Shown piece by piece: positions 1 through 8,604 of a DNA stretch of 32,000 nt. Where the stretch lies: contig JAUQQN010000001.1 of NCBI GenBank assembly GCA_030549845.1, forward strand, positions 60,001 through 92,000. The letters run 5' to 3'. A model generated the notes under the pieces. The model was not told where the DNA came from, ran no database searches, and worked only from the letters and a program-made list of their open reading frames with translations. The stretch's first letter is position 1. Every line of letters begins with the position of its first letter. Both the position numbers and the translations under genes were made by a program. The DNA is from Patescibacteria group bacterium (GTDB lineage Bacteria; Patescibacteriota; Minisyncoccia; UBA6257; HR35).

Positions 1-970
1 CTTTATTATTTAACAAAAATAATTTTATCGGACAAGCTTCATTAATTTCTATAAATCTTTTTGTTGCTAAATAAATTTTATTTTTAAACAATCGAGCTGT
101 TATTATTGAGGTATTTTCTAGGCTAATGTTCCATTTTTCTTTAGGATTTTGAGGTTCAGAAATATCATAACCATAGATTTTGTTTAAATTTTTATCGAAT
201 ATTATTAAAATTTTTTCATCTTTCAAAAGCAATAAATCTCCAGCTTTATCAATTTTAGAAAGAACCCTTAAATTCTCAACAGGAAAGGCATTTATTAGTA
301 ACAATAATGATTCTATTTCATAATATGGAGATATAAAATTACTTTCTTTTGGAGGCCTTGAAATTACATAACGAGGCTCTTTTGAAAAATAAATATTATA
401 ACCATCAGTTTTTACTATATCAGGCTCATCAATTCCCTTAATTTGAACTGTAGTTTCTGAAACTCTTTCGGGGCTTGGTGTTAAAGAAGTAGCCTCAGGC
501 ATTTCTAGTATCATACCTTTGGATATTCCCAGCCCTTTTAGTTCTCTATCTTTATTTGCTAATAATAAATAATTCATAAAATCTTTTTCAGATTTAAATC
601 TTTCAAATTTTATTTTTGAAGTTTTAGAAGGTAAAAGTGTAACAAGTTCTTTTAATTTTTTAATCCCTAATTGCCCAATACTATATCCACTTACATTACC
701 ATACCAAAGTTTATAAAATTCTTTAACTGCTTCTATTGTTTGCTTTCCATAATAACCTGTAGCGCCAGAAGGAATATTGATTCCTATCTTAATTAAACAT
801 AATTGCAAATTTTTTACATAATAGCCAGATTGTTTATATTTAATCGGAATTAATTTTTGTGGGTTGCAGTCACTTATTTTTTGCGCAAAGCTTATATTTG
901 TAAATCCAAAAATTATGAGAAATAACAAAAAAGAAATCAATATTACTTTTTTAATTTTTAACAAGTACAT
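1..970 (-). CDS. Secreted protein with an N-terminal peptidoglycan-binding (PG_binding_1-like) repeat followed by a Beta_propel-family-like region. The 3' end runs off the left window edge.
   Basis: This ORF is absent from the ORF track because the frame is open down to nt 2. My translation from the ATG at 970-968 gives MYLLKIKKVILISFLLFLIIFGFTNISFAQ, a signal peptide. Next comes YKQSGYYVKNLQLCLIKIGINIPSGATGYYGKQTIEAVKEFYKLWYG, which fits the PG-binding pattern. Further on, TPSPERVSETTVQIKGIDEPDIVKTDGYNIYF resembles the typical start of secreted beta-propeller proteins. Confidence 0.6.
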   Translation of the reverse strand, partial: MYLLKIKKVILISFLLFLIIFGFTNISFAQKISDCNPQKLIPIKYKQSGYYVKNLQLCLIKIGINIPSGATGYYGKQTIEAVKEFYKLWYGNVSGYSIGQLGIKKLKELVTLLPSKTSKIKFERFKSEKDFMNYLLLANKDRELKGLGISKGMILEMPEATSLTPSPERVSETTVQIKGIDEPDIVKTDGYNIYFSKEPRYVISRPPKESNFISPYYEIESLLLLINAFPVENLRVLSKIDKAGDLLLLKDEKILIIFDKNLNKIYGYDISEPQNPKEKWNISLENTSIITARLFKNKIYLATKRFIEINEACPIKLFLLNNK

Positions 971-1112
971 TTTTGTTTATTAACATAATATTTAATTTAA
1001 TACCCGACTGTTTCAAGACTTAATTATAACTTAAAATTTAAATCTACTTAAAGTATGTATTATCGAAAGCTGGATTTTAATTGTTTAAAATTATAATAAA
1101 GTTATTCAAAAA

Positions 1113-1502
1113 ATGAAGATTTTGAAAATAAAAACAAATAAAGAAAAACAAATTTTAGACATAACGGGGGAGATTAATAAATTATTACAAAATCAAAACA
1201 AAAATGAAGGCTTGATTTATCTTTTTTTACTTCATACAACCTGTGCTTTAACTACTGCTGATCTAGATCCAGGGGCAGATTTAGATTATTTAAATGCTTT
1301 TGAAAAAATTGCTCCTAAATTAAAATATCGTCATCCACATAACCCAGCGCATTTTCCTGATCATTTTCTTTCTTCAGTTGTTGGTACTTCTTTAATTCTT
1401 CCTTTTGAAAATAAAAATTTAATTTTAGGAACTTGGCAAAGGGTGGTTTTAGTTGAATTTAATGGACCAAGAGAAAGAGAGATTTATATTAGAATTATTT
1501 AA
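1113..1502 (+). CDS. YjbQ/UPF0047 family protein (secondary thiamine-phosphate synthase-like)
   Basis: The 129-aa size fits the family, as do motifs LFLLHTTCALTTADLDPG, HPHNPAHFPDH and GTWQRVVLVEFNGPRER. The stop overlaps the next start (TAATG at 1500-1504). Confidence 0.8.
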   Translation: MKILKIKTNKEKQILDITGEINKLLQNQNKNEGLIYLFLLHTTCALTTADLDPGADLDYLNAFEKIAPKLKYRHPHNPAHFPDHFLSSVVGTSLILPFENKNLILGTWQRVVLVEFNGPREREIYIRII

Positions 1503-2197
1503 TGAAAAAAGGTAATAAATTACTTGTATTTTTATCCTTAATTTTGGTGATTTTTATAATAATTTATTTTGCTAAAGAGATAAATAAAACGCCATCTAAA
1601 CCACTAATTAAAAATTTAGAAAAATCTCAAAATATTGAAAAAATAAAAGAAAGAAAATTAGATTGGGCTTTATTATTACCCGAAATAAAAGAAATAATTT
1701 CGCAAAGTTTAAAAATTCCATCTTCGACTTTAGAAGTAACAATTCATCAAGAAATTGATCTAAATAATGATAAAGTAAATGAAGTTATTGTTGAAATATT
1801 AAACCCATATCATGGTGCAGTTGCCTTAGAACAGTATGCTATTTTTAAAATAGGAGAAAATAATAAACCAGAGTTTATTAAATTAAAAGAAAAAAGTGGT
1901 GAGATACAAGAAGCAATGTTTTCACAAGGTGAAGGTGGAGCAGGAAGATATGGATTTAATTTTGGATTTTTACCAGAAAAACAAATTATATATAGACAAG
2001 CTTTTTCTGCTTATAATTCTCCAAGTGATTTCTGTAAAGTTGATGCCTATATTTATAAACCTTTATCTGGCTACTTTGAGTATGATGAAAATATCTCAAA
2101 GGATTTAACAAAAAAATATTGCAAAGAATTATGTGACTATATTTCTAAAATGGAAGGAATGGAAGAGTATTTTTCAAATATTTGCAGCCAGTTTTAA
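1502..2197 (+). CDS. Hypothetical membrane-anchored protein
   Basis: There is one N-terminal hydrophobic helix (LLVFLSLILVIFIIIYF). I recognise no family. The stop shares a TTAA with the convergent nitroreductase stop. Confidence 0.5.
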   Translation: MKKGNKLLVFLSLILVIFIIIYFAKEINKTPSKPLIKNLEKSQNIEKIKERKLDWALLLPEIKEIISQSLKIPSSTLEVTIHQEIDLNNDKVNEVIVEILNPYHGAVALEQYAIFKIGENNKPEFIKLKEKSGEIQEAMFSQGEGGAGRYGFNFGFLPEKQIIYRQAFSAYNSPSDFCKVDAYIYKPLSGYFEYDENISKDLTKKYCKELCDYISKMEGMEEYFSNICSQF

Positions 2198-2712
2198 ATC
2201 TCTTTTATTATGATTTCTTTTAAACTTTTTCTTGGAGGTCTTTCTTTGTCTTCTTTTGAAAAACCAAGAGGAATTACTGCTATTGGTTTTAACTCGTCCT
2301 TCAAATTTAATAGCTGTTTTAATGTGTCTTCATTAAAAGCCCCTACCCAACAAGAAGCTAAACCAAAATTTGTAGCAACTAATTGAATATAAGAAGCAAA
2401 AATGGTGGCATCTTGAATTGCATATAAATTTCTTCCTCTTTCTCCATATTTTTTAGCTGATTCTTCCAAGTTAGCACAAATCACAAAGACAACCGTAGCT
2501 GATTCAATAAAACTTTGCCCATAACAAATCTCAGCTATTTTCTTTTTAACTTCTTTATCTTTTACGATTACTACGCTTCTTGCTTGCAAATTTCCTGCGG
2601 AAGGAGATAAATTAGCTAATTCTATAATTTTGTAAATTAATTCCTGAGGGATTTCTTTAGCTTCAAATTTCCTTATTGATTTTCTTTTATTTATGACTTC
2701 CTCAAATTCCAT
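2194..2712 (-). CDS. Nitroreductase family protein
   Basis: RKSIRKF near the N-terminus, SPSAGNLQ, and a size of 172 aa are typical of the NADH/FMN nitroreductase fold. Confidence 0.8.
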   Translation of the reverse strand: MEFEEVINKRKSIRKFEAKEIPQELIYKIIELANLSPSAGNLQARSVVIVKDKEVKKKIAEICYGQSFIESATVVFVICANLEESAKKYGERGRNLYAIQDATIFASYIQLVATNFGLASCWVGAFNEDTLKQLLNLKDELKPIAVIPLGFSKEDKERPPRKSLKEIIIKEI

Positions 2713-2732
2713 TAAAAAATTATAATATAACT

Positions 2733-3710
2733 ATGAAAATAGCTTTTATAGGAGATGTAATGATAGGAAGGTTGGTTAATGAGATTTTAAAGTATGAAGA
2801 ATTTAAATATGTTTGGGGAGATACATTAGAAATTTTGAAAAATGCAGACTTGAGAGCTTGTAACTTAGAATGTGTAATTTCTGATATAGGTGAACCATGG
2901 TCAATAACTCCTAAAGTTTTTCATTTTCGCTCGGATTCTAAAAATATTGAAGTTTTAAAAGTTGCAAATATTAATATTGTTTCTTTAGCTAATAATCATA
3001 CCTTAGATTATGGTTATGAAGCAATGTTTGATATGTTAGAGAATTTAAAAAAGAATGGTATCTATTATACCGGAGCTGGTAAGAATTTAGGAGAAGCTTC
3101 TCAACCTGTGATTTTAAAAATCAAAAATAAAAAACTGGGGTTTATCGCTTTTACCGATAATGAACCTTTCTGGTCAGCGACAAATAATAAACCAGGAATA
3201 TTTTATGTAGAATTAAAAGAGGGTGGCAAAAATCTTGATTATTTATTAAGCCTTATTGAAGAAACAAAAAGAAAGGTTGATTATTTGATTATTTCAGTCC
3301 ACTGGGGACCAAATTGGGGATATCAACCATTGAAAGAACATATTTATTTTGCTCATAAATTTATTGAGTGCGGAGCTGATTTTATTTTTGGACATTCTCC
3401 TCATATCTTTAGAGGTATTGAGATTTATAAAGAGAAATTTGTTCTTTATAGTGTTGGAGATTTTATTGACGATTATGCAGTAGATGAAGTTGAAAGGAAT
3501 GACGAAAGTTTTATTTTTATTTGGGATATAGAAAGGCAAACTTTAGAGCTTTATCCCACAATAATAGAGAATTTCCAAGCAAGATTAGCAAAGGAAGATA
3601 AAAAAATGAAAATAATGGAAAAAATGATAAAACTTTGTAATATATTAGGAACTAAAGTAGAACTAGAAAAAGACAAATTATTAATTAAAGATAAGTTAAA
3701 ATTAAATTAA
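2733..3710 (+). CDS. CapA/PGA_cap family metallophosphatase-like protein
   Basis: Family-typical motifs are IAFIGDVMIGR, NLECVIS, SLANNHTLDYG, ISVHWGPNWGY and FGHSPHIFRGIE. Confidence 0.75.
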   Translation: MKIAFIGDVMIGRLVNEILKYEEFKYVWGDTLEILKNADLRACNLECVISDIGEPWSITPKVFHFRSDSKNIEVLKVANINIVSLANNHTLDYGYEAMFDMLENLKKNGIYYTGAGKNLGEASQPVILKIKNKKLGFIAFTDNEPFWSATNNKPGIFYVELKEGGKNLDYLLSLIEETKRKVDYLIISVHWGPNWGYQPLKEHIYFAHKFIECGADFIFGHSPHIFRGIEIYKEKFVLYSVGDFIDDYAVDEVERNDESFIFIWDIERQTLELYPTIIENFQARLAKEDKKMKIMEKMIKLCNILGTKVELEKDKLLIKDKLKLN

Positions 3711-4117
3711 TGACAAATTTTGTAGTTGTCGGAATAATTTTAAACAAAAAAGGCGAGGTTTTGATAGTAAAGAGAAAAAAGGTCGAAATTACTCAATCTG
3801 GTAAAAAACTTATTTGGGTATTCCCTGGAGGTAAGGTAGAAAAAGATAAGTCTCGTGAAGAAAAAGTTGTTGAAGAAGTGTTAGCTGAAACAGGTTATAA
3901 AGTAAAACCAATAAAACAAATTCATTTAAGAATTCATCCAGATTCTTTTTTAATGATTGCTTATTTTTTGTGTGAACTTGAAAACGAAGAACCTATAAAA
4001 GAAATTGAGGAGAAGGATGAGATAGAGGAAGTTAGATGGGTAAAACCAGAGGAACTAAAAAATTATTTCACAACTGATATAGACCCTGAAGTTAAAAAGA
4101 TTTTAAAAATAGAATAA
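3710..4117 (+). CDS. NUDIX hydrolase family protein with a divergent Nudix box
   Basis: FPGGKVEKDKSREEKVVEEVLAETGY approximates GX5EX7REUXEEXGU, but with substitutions and off-by-one spacing. The size of 135 aa fits. Confidence 0.65.
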   Translation: MTNFVVVGIILNKKGEVLIVKRKKVEITQSGKKLIWVFPGGKVEKDKSREEKVVEEVLAETGYKVKPIKQIHLRIHPDSFLMIAYFLCELENEEPIKEIEEKDEIEEVRWVKPEELKNYFTTDIDPEVKKILKIE

Positions 4118-4135
4118 AAATTACTCTTTGGTTGT

Positions 4136-4792
4136 CTAAAATAAATTTGGAAAGTCTGTGGCAATCCCATCTACACCTTTTTTAATATATTCTAAAATTT
4201 CTTCCTTTTTATTAATTGTCCAAACTAAAACTTTTATATTATTTTTATGGTAGCTTTCTATATCTTTTGAGTGAATAAATTTATAAAAAGGTAGCACATA
4301 ATTAACATTTAAATCTTTAGCGGTTGTTAAAGGATTTTTATACTTTACATAAATGAATCCTGTTTCTGCATTTTTTGATAGATTTTTTATTCTTTTTACA
4401 GAGTTTTCATGAAAACTTACAAATATGACATGGGTTAATAATTTTTTCTCTTTTATCACTTTGAAAACTTTCTCTTCATAACCTTCTTCTTTTATTTCTA
4501 TTAAAATTTTTTCAACTTTCCTGTCGATAAAGTCTATTGCTTCCTCAAAAGTTGGTATAAGATCATTCGAAATTTCTTTTATCTCTTTCAATTTTAGATC
4601 CTTTACAAAAAGATTTTTATTCCAAACTCTTTTTAAATTATCATCATGGATAACAACTAATTTATTATCTTTAGTTTTTCTTATATCAAATTCGATAGCA
4701 TTGCAACCTAATTCAATCGCTAATTCAAAGCTTTTTAAAGTATTTTCAATTTCTAACCCTTTTGCTCCACGATGTCCAATTTTTAAAAACAT
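4136..4792 (-). CDS. Glycerophosphodiester phosphodiesterase (GDPD family)
   Basis: Family-typical motifs are IGHRGAKG.EIENTL, AIEFDIRKTKDNKLVVIHDD, and the C-terminal VDGIATDFP. Confidence 0.8.
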   Translation of the reverse strand: MFLKIGHRGAKGLEIENTLKSFELAIELGCNAIEFDIRKTKDNKLVVIHDDNLKRVWNKNLFVKDLKLKEIKEISNDLIPTFEEAIDFIDRKVEKILIEIKEEGYEEKVFKVIKEKKLLTHVIFVSFHENSVKRIKNLSKNAETGFIYVKYKNPLTTAKDLNVNYVLPFYKFIHSKDIESYHKNNIKVLVWTINKKEEILEYIKKGVDGIATDFPNLF

Positions 4793-4815
4793 CTAATAAT
4801 TTTATAATCAAATAG

Positions 4816-5295
4816 ATGGTATTAAAAATCAAACGACTTCGCAACCCAGAAGTTTTTAAAAATAAATTTAAAGAAATTTATCTTTCTGCATATGAAAGTG
4901 TAAAGAATGAGTATTATGAGCATACTGAAGAAGAAATTGAAGATTATTTTAATTGGTTAGTAAAACATGCGTATGATGGATTTTTAGTTGCATATTATAA
5001 AAATAAGCCTGTTGGTTTTTTGATTCTAGATTTAGATTGGTATGACAATAAATTAAGAAAAAAAGTAGCTGAAATTCATGAAATTTGTATTAAAGAAAAA
5101 TATAAAAGAAAAGGTATTGGTAAGAAATTAGTAAAAACAGCTGAGAAATTAGCTGGAAAATATGGCTTAAATTATATATGTGGTTGGGTTGGTAAAGAAA
5201 ATTATGGATCAATGAATTTTTTCAAAAAACTTGGTTTTGAAGAGGGAGAAATAGGTTGGAATATTTGGAAAAGAATAAGAAAGAAAATTAATTAA
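4816..5295 (+). CDS. GNAT family N-acetyltransferase
   Basis: The acetyl-CoA binding motif is present (ICIKEKYKRKGIGKKLV). The size of 159 aa fits. Confidence 0.75.
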   Translation: MVLKIKRLRNPEVFKNKFKEIYLSAYESVKNEYYEHTEEEIEDYFNWLVKHAYDGFLVAYYKNKPVGFLILDLDWYDNKLRKKVAEIHEICIKEKYKRKGIGKKLVKTAEKLAGKYGLNYICGWVGKENYGSMNFFKKLGFEEGEIGWNIWKRIRKKIN

Positions 5296-5340
5296 AATCT
5301 ACTAATCAATCCCTTTACTTCAAAAAATCTTCCTTAAACA

Positions 5341-5362
5341 AATAGTTCCGTACGGAATTATT
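5341..5362. terminator. Possible bidirectional intrinsic terminator between convergent genes
   Basis: AATAGTTCCGTACGGAATTATT contains the perfect palindrome TTCCGTACGGAA inside a roughly 9-bp stem. T-rich tracts follow on both strands. It sits between the GNAT stop (5295) and the transketolase C-half stop (5396). Confidence 0.4.
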
Positions 5363-5395
5363 TATTATAGAAAAAAGTGGAAGGTGGGGGAAAAA

Positions 5396-6385
5396 TTAAG
5401 GAAGGATTAAGTTTTTGACGGCTTCTTTGATGGCTTCTTTGTCCAATCCATATTTTTTGATTAAATCTTCCATACTTCCAGATTCACCGAAGGTATTTTG
5501 AAGCCCAATAAAATTCATTTTTATAGGTTTTGTCTTTGCTAAAAATTCAGCAACAGCACTTCCCATTCCACCATGAATCTGATGATCTTCCACTGTAACA
5601 ATCCCCTTAACTTTATTTGCAACTTCTAATATTTTTTCTTCATCCAATGGTTTTATAGTATGTACATTAAAGACATAAACATCTATTCCCTGCTCTTCCA
5701 ATTCTTTTGCTGCAAGTAGCGCTTGATAGACTAAATGTCCAGTTGCCATAATGGCAATTTCAGCACTTTCTGTTTTAGGTTTCCAAAAACATTCTATCTT
5801 CCCAAACCTAAAAGGTGTTTCTTCGGTTGTAATAATTGGAGTTTTTTCTCTTACAAATCTTAAATAAAAAGGACCATAGATTGTTGCAGAATATAAAGTT
5901 GCTTTTTTTGCTTCAAAATAATCACATGGAGAGATTATTCTTATATTAGGCAAACATCTCATAATTGCAATATCCTCTGTTGCTTGGTGAGTTACTCCAT
6001 CAGGTCCAGTAGAAATTCCAGCATGGTGTCCTGCAATTTTAACATTAGAGTTGTTATAAATAATAGTTGTTCTTATTGTTTCCCAATTTTTACCAGGTGA
6101 AAAGGTTGCAAATGAAGAAATAAAAGCAATTTTATTAGAAATACCAAGACCAGCAGCAATTCCGGCCATATTTTGTTCAGCAACCCCACATTCAATGAAT
6201 CTTTCTGGCCATTTTTCAGCAAATTTATGAATTCTTGTTGATTCAGCTAAATCAGCAGTCAATACTACAACGTTAGGATTTTTTTCCCCAAGTTCTAATA
6301 GAGCATCACCATAACCATCCCTTATTGATTTTCTTTCTGGCTCTTCAAAAATTTTTGAATTTAACTTTAATTCAGGGTTAAGCAT
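5396..6385 (-). CDS. Transketolase, C-terminal subunit (pyrimidine-binding plus C-terminal domains)
   Basis: Motifs are RDGYGDALLELG, FIECGVAEQNMAGIAAGL and GPDGVTHQATEDIAIMR. The ATG overlaps the stop of the upstream cohesin gene (TAATG). Confidence 0.9.
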   Translation of the reverse strand: MLNPELKLNSKIFEEPERKSIRDGYGDALLELGEKNPNVVVLTADLAESTRIHKFAEKWPERFIECGVAEQNMAGIAAGLGISNKIAFISSFATFSPGKNWETIRTTIIYNNSNVKIAGHHAGISTGPDGVTHQATEDIAIMRCLPNIRIISPCDYFEAKKATLYSATIYGPFYLRFVREKTPIITTEETPFRFGKIECFWKPKTESAEIAIMATGHLVYQALLAAKELEEQGIDVYVFNVHTIKPLDEEKILEVANKVKGIVTVEDHQIHGGMGSAVAEFLAKTKPIKMNFIGLQNTFGESGSMEDLIKKYGLDKEAIKEAVKNLILP

Positions 6386-7824
6386 TATGGTTTATTATAT
6401 CCTTTTTCTTCTTCTAAATATTCTTCAAACTCTTTTTCTGCTTTTTCCATTATTTCCTTGAATCTCCTATAAATATTTCTTTCCTCTTCGTTAAGGGTTG
6501 GATTTTCATCAAGATTTTTGATTTCTTCTTTCATTTCTCTTATAAATTGCTTAAATTTATTTTTATATCTCTCTTCAAAATCTTTCCAATGTACTTCTCT
6601 TGATTGCTTTTCTGATTTTTCGATTCGTAAAACTAAAATAATAAGTATAATTAAAACAATTAATAGTAGAAAACTGATAAATATAAAAATAAACCAGTTG
6701 CTAAATGGAACTTCTTTTTCAATTATAATGGGTTTTTCAATGGCTTGGAAAGAAATAATTTCTTCTTTTATCGTTTCATTATTTGCTTTATCCTTAATCA
6801 CAATTTTTATTTTTTGAGTACCGCTTAAATTTGTAATTGTTTTTAGTAGCGTTCCATCAACAAATTTTTCTTTAGAATACAATGAATCATTTAGATATAT
6901 TTCTGCTAAATCTAAACCAGAAAGTTCATCTTTAGCAGATACTTTAATATGAAGCGAATTTTGATCGGGAATAAGTGAAAACTCAGAAATAGTTGGGGGG
7001 TTTGTATCGATATTAAACTTAAATCTGGAAATTTCACTAACTCCAGCCTCATTTTCAAATTGTACAGCGAAATAATAAGTTCCATCAGGAATATTTTCTA
7101 ATTTCCTACGAGAAATAGGGGGGCTATATTCTACATAAGGAATTAAATCAGGATTTTTACCATAAGCTGTTTTTACTAGATCTACATCTGAAGGAAGATA
7201 CCATTCAAAAATAGGATTACTATTGTTGTACCATTTATTGGGATCTGGATGGGTAGGTGAGGTTATTATTGGCTTAGGAGGCAAATAAGTTATTGGAGAC
7301 TCTTCTCTAACAATAATTTCTTCTCTTTGTTGTGCTTGAACAACTTTATAACTTCCCCCATACATTGCTTTTAAAATATTGGTCCCCATACCATCATTTG
7401 CTAAAACCATCCCAGAAATGAAATCAATCTTTACCTCTCCTGGTTTAATAGCTTTAAAGTTTATTGTTAAAATTTTTCCTGATTTGCCCTTAAAACCTGG
7501 ATTAAAAACCACTCCTTCAAAAACAAACTCATTACCTTCTATTTCTGGTTCTCTTACCCAAAAATTAAAAATTGATCCAGACTTTGAATGACTAACATAT
7601 TTTAAAATACTATTATCCCAGGTAATTCTGCCTGAAGCAGCATTCATCGATTGGTCGGAAGATTCAACATAAATTGTAATTGTTAAGTTATCGCCGACAT
7701 TCAAATTCTTACTTGAAGGTTGAAGATATAAAGAAGCAGAAAAAGAGAATGCAGGTAATATTAAAAAAACACCAAAAATAAAGAAAATTATAATTATTTT
7801 CTTCTTAAAAATTTTACTATCCAT
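6385..7824 (-). CDS. Cohesin-domain surface protein with N-terminal signal peptide, THPDPNKWY module, Ig-like region, C-terminal TM helix and charged cytoplasmic tail
   Basis: The cohesin-type block (about nt 7330-7740) reads LYLQPSSKNLNVGDNLTITIYVES...NAASGRITWDNSILKYVSHSKSGSIFNFWV...GFKGKSGKILTINFKAIKPGEVKIDFISGMVLANDGMGTNIL. The TM helix is WFIFIFISFLLLIVLIILIILVL. It is followed by a roughly 80-aa K/E-rich tail. Confidence 0.7.
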   Translation of the reverse strand: MDSKIFKKKIIIIFFIFGVFLILPAFSFSASLYLQPSSKNLNVGDNLTITIYVESSDQSMNAASGRITWDNSILKYVSHSKSGSIFNFWVREPEIEGNEFVFEGVVFNPGFKGKSGKILTINFKAIKPGEVKIDFISGMVLANDGMGTNILKAMYGGSYKVVQAQQREEIIVREESPITYLPPKPIITSPTHPDPNKWYNNSNPIFEWYLPSDVDLVKTAYGKNPDLIPYVEYSPPISRRKLENIPDGTYYFAVQFENEAGVSEISRFKFNIDTNPPTISEFSLIPDQNSLHIKVSAKDELSGLDLAEIYLNDSLYSKEKFVDGTLLKTITNLSGTQKIKIVIKDKANNETIKEEIISFQAIEKPIIIEKEVPFSNWFIFIFISFLLLIVLIILIILVLRIEKSEKQSREVHWKDFEERYKNKFKQFIREMKEEIKNLDENPTLNEEERNIYRRFKEIMEKAEKEFEEYLEEEKGYNKP

Positions 7825-8603
7825 TTATCTTTAATTAATTTTATCAATAAATACATAAAAATAGCCAAAAAAACAAGACTGAAAATTTCATCAAAACTTA
7901 ATATTTTTTTAGGTGATAAATATTCTATTCTTTCATTGCCTGCTTTGTCTACAGCCTTAACAAAAATATAACTTCTTAAGGTTTGATCCTTTAGAATATG
8001 CGGAGATTCTGCTTTTACGAAATTTAAATCTTTTAAGTTAGGCTTTATAAAACCTTGTTTTTCAGCAACTTCATAATAAGCAATTCCTGATTGTTTATCA
8101 GTAGTATTAAAAACAATAAAATATTTATTACCAAAGATTTCTTTATTTCGGGATAAATAGATTTTAAAACTTTCTGGAGGGTATTTATCCTCAATTACTT
8201 CTTGAACTTTTAATTTTTGATTATCTAAAAATTTTTTTTCTACTTTTAATTCTACTGAAGTACCTGAACCATCATTTAACAAAACCTTAGACAAAGGTAG
8301 AATTTCAATTAATGCTTTATCTTTTTTAGCTTCAAAAATTAAGTTTATTAAAAGCCCCTTTTTGCCAATATATCCCCCAATACTAACTCCTGAAAATTGA
8401 ATTATATTATTTTGAATAAATGGTTTTTCTATCCAAAAATTAATAATTGAGCCTGCTTCTTGAAAATCGCGAAAAATTAAACTATCAGAAAATTTTATTT
8501 TAACCTCAAAAGCATTTACTGACTCTCCTTCGCTATCTATATGAATAGGAACTATAATTTTTTTATTTACACTGCTCGGCTCTCCAAAATAAATTTTTGC
8601 CAT
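7794..8603 (-). CDS. Second cohesin-like protein with a C-terminal TM anchor and no recognisable N-terminal signal peptide
   Basis: NAFEVKIKFSDSLIFRDFQEAGSIINFWIEKP...GKKGLLINLIFEAKKDKALIEILPLSKVLLNDGSGTSV parallels the cohesin block of the neighbouring gene. The C-terminal helix is IFSLVFLAIFMYLLIKLI. The ORF starts directly with MAKIYFGEPSS. Confidence 0.6.
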   Translation of the reverse strand: MAKIYFGEPSSVNKKIIVPIHIDSEGESVNAFEVKIKFSDSLIFRDFQEAGSIINFWIEKPFIQNNIIQFSGVSIGGYIGKKGLLINLIFEAKKDKALIEILPLSKVLLNDGSGTSVELKVEKKFLDNQKLKVQEVIEDKYPPESFKIYLSRNKEIFGNKYFIVFNTTDKQSGIAYYEVAEKQGFIKPNLKDLNFVKAESPHILKDQTLRSYIFVKAVDKAGNERIEYLSPKKILSFDEIFSLVFLAIFMYLLIKLIKDKWIVKFLRRK

Positions 8604-8604
8604 T

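Noticed and set aside
971-1112. A TATAAT hexamer at 1092-1097 upstream of the YjbQ gene could be a promoter.
   Set aside because: No convincing -35 box at proper spacing is present. TATAAT-like hexamers are frequent by chance in DNA this AT-rich, so I did not list it as a feature.
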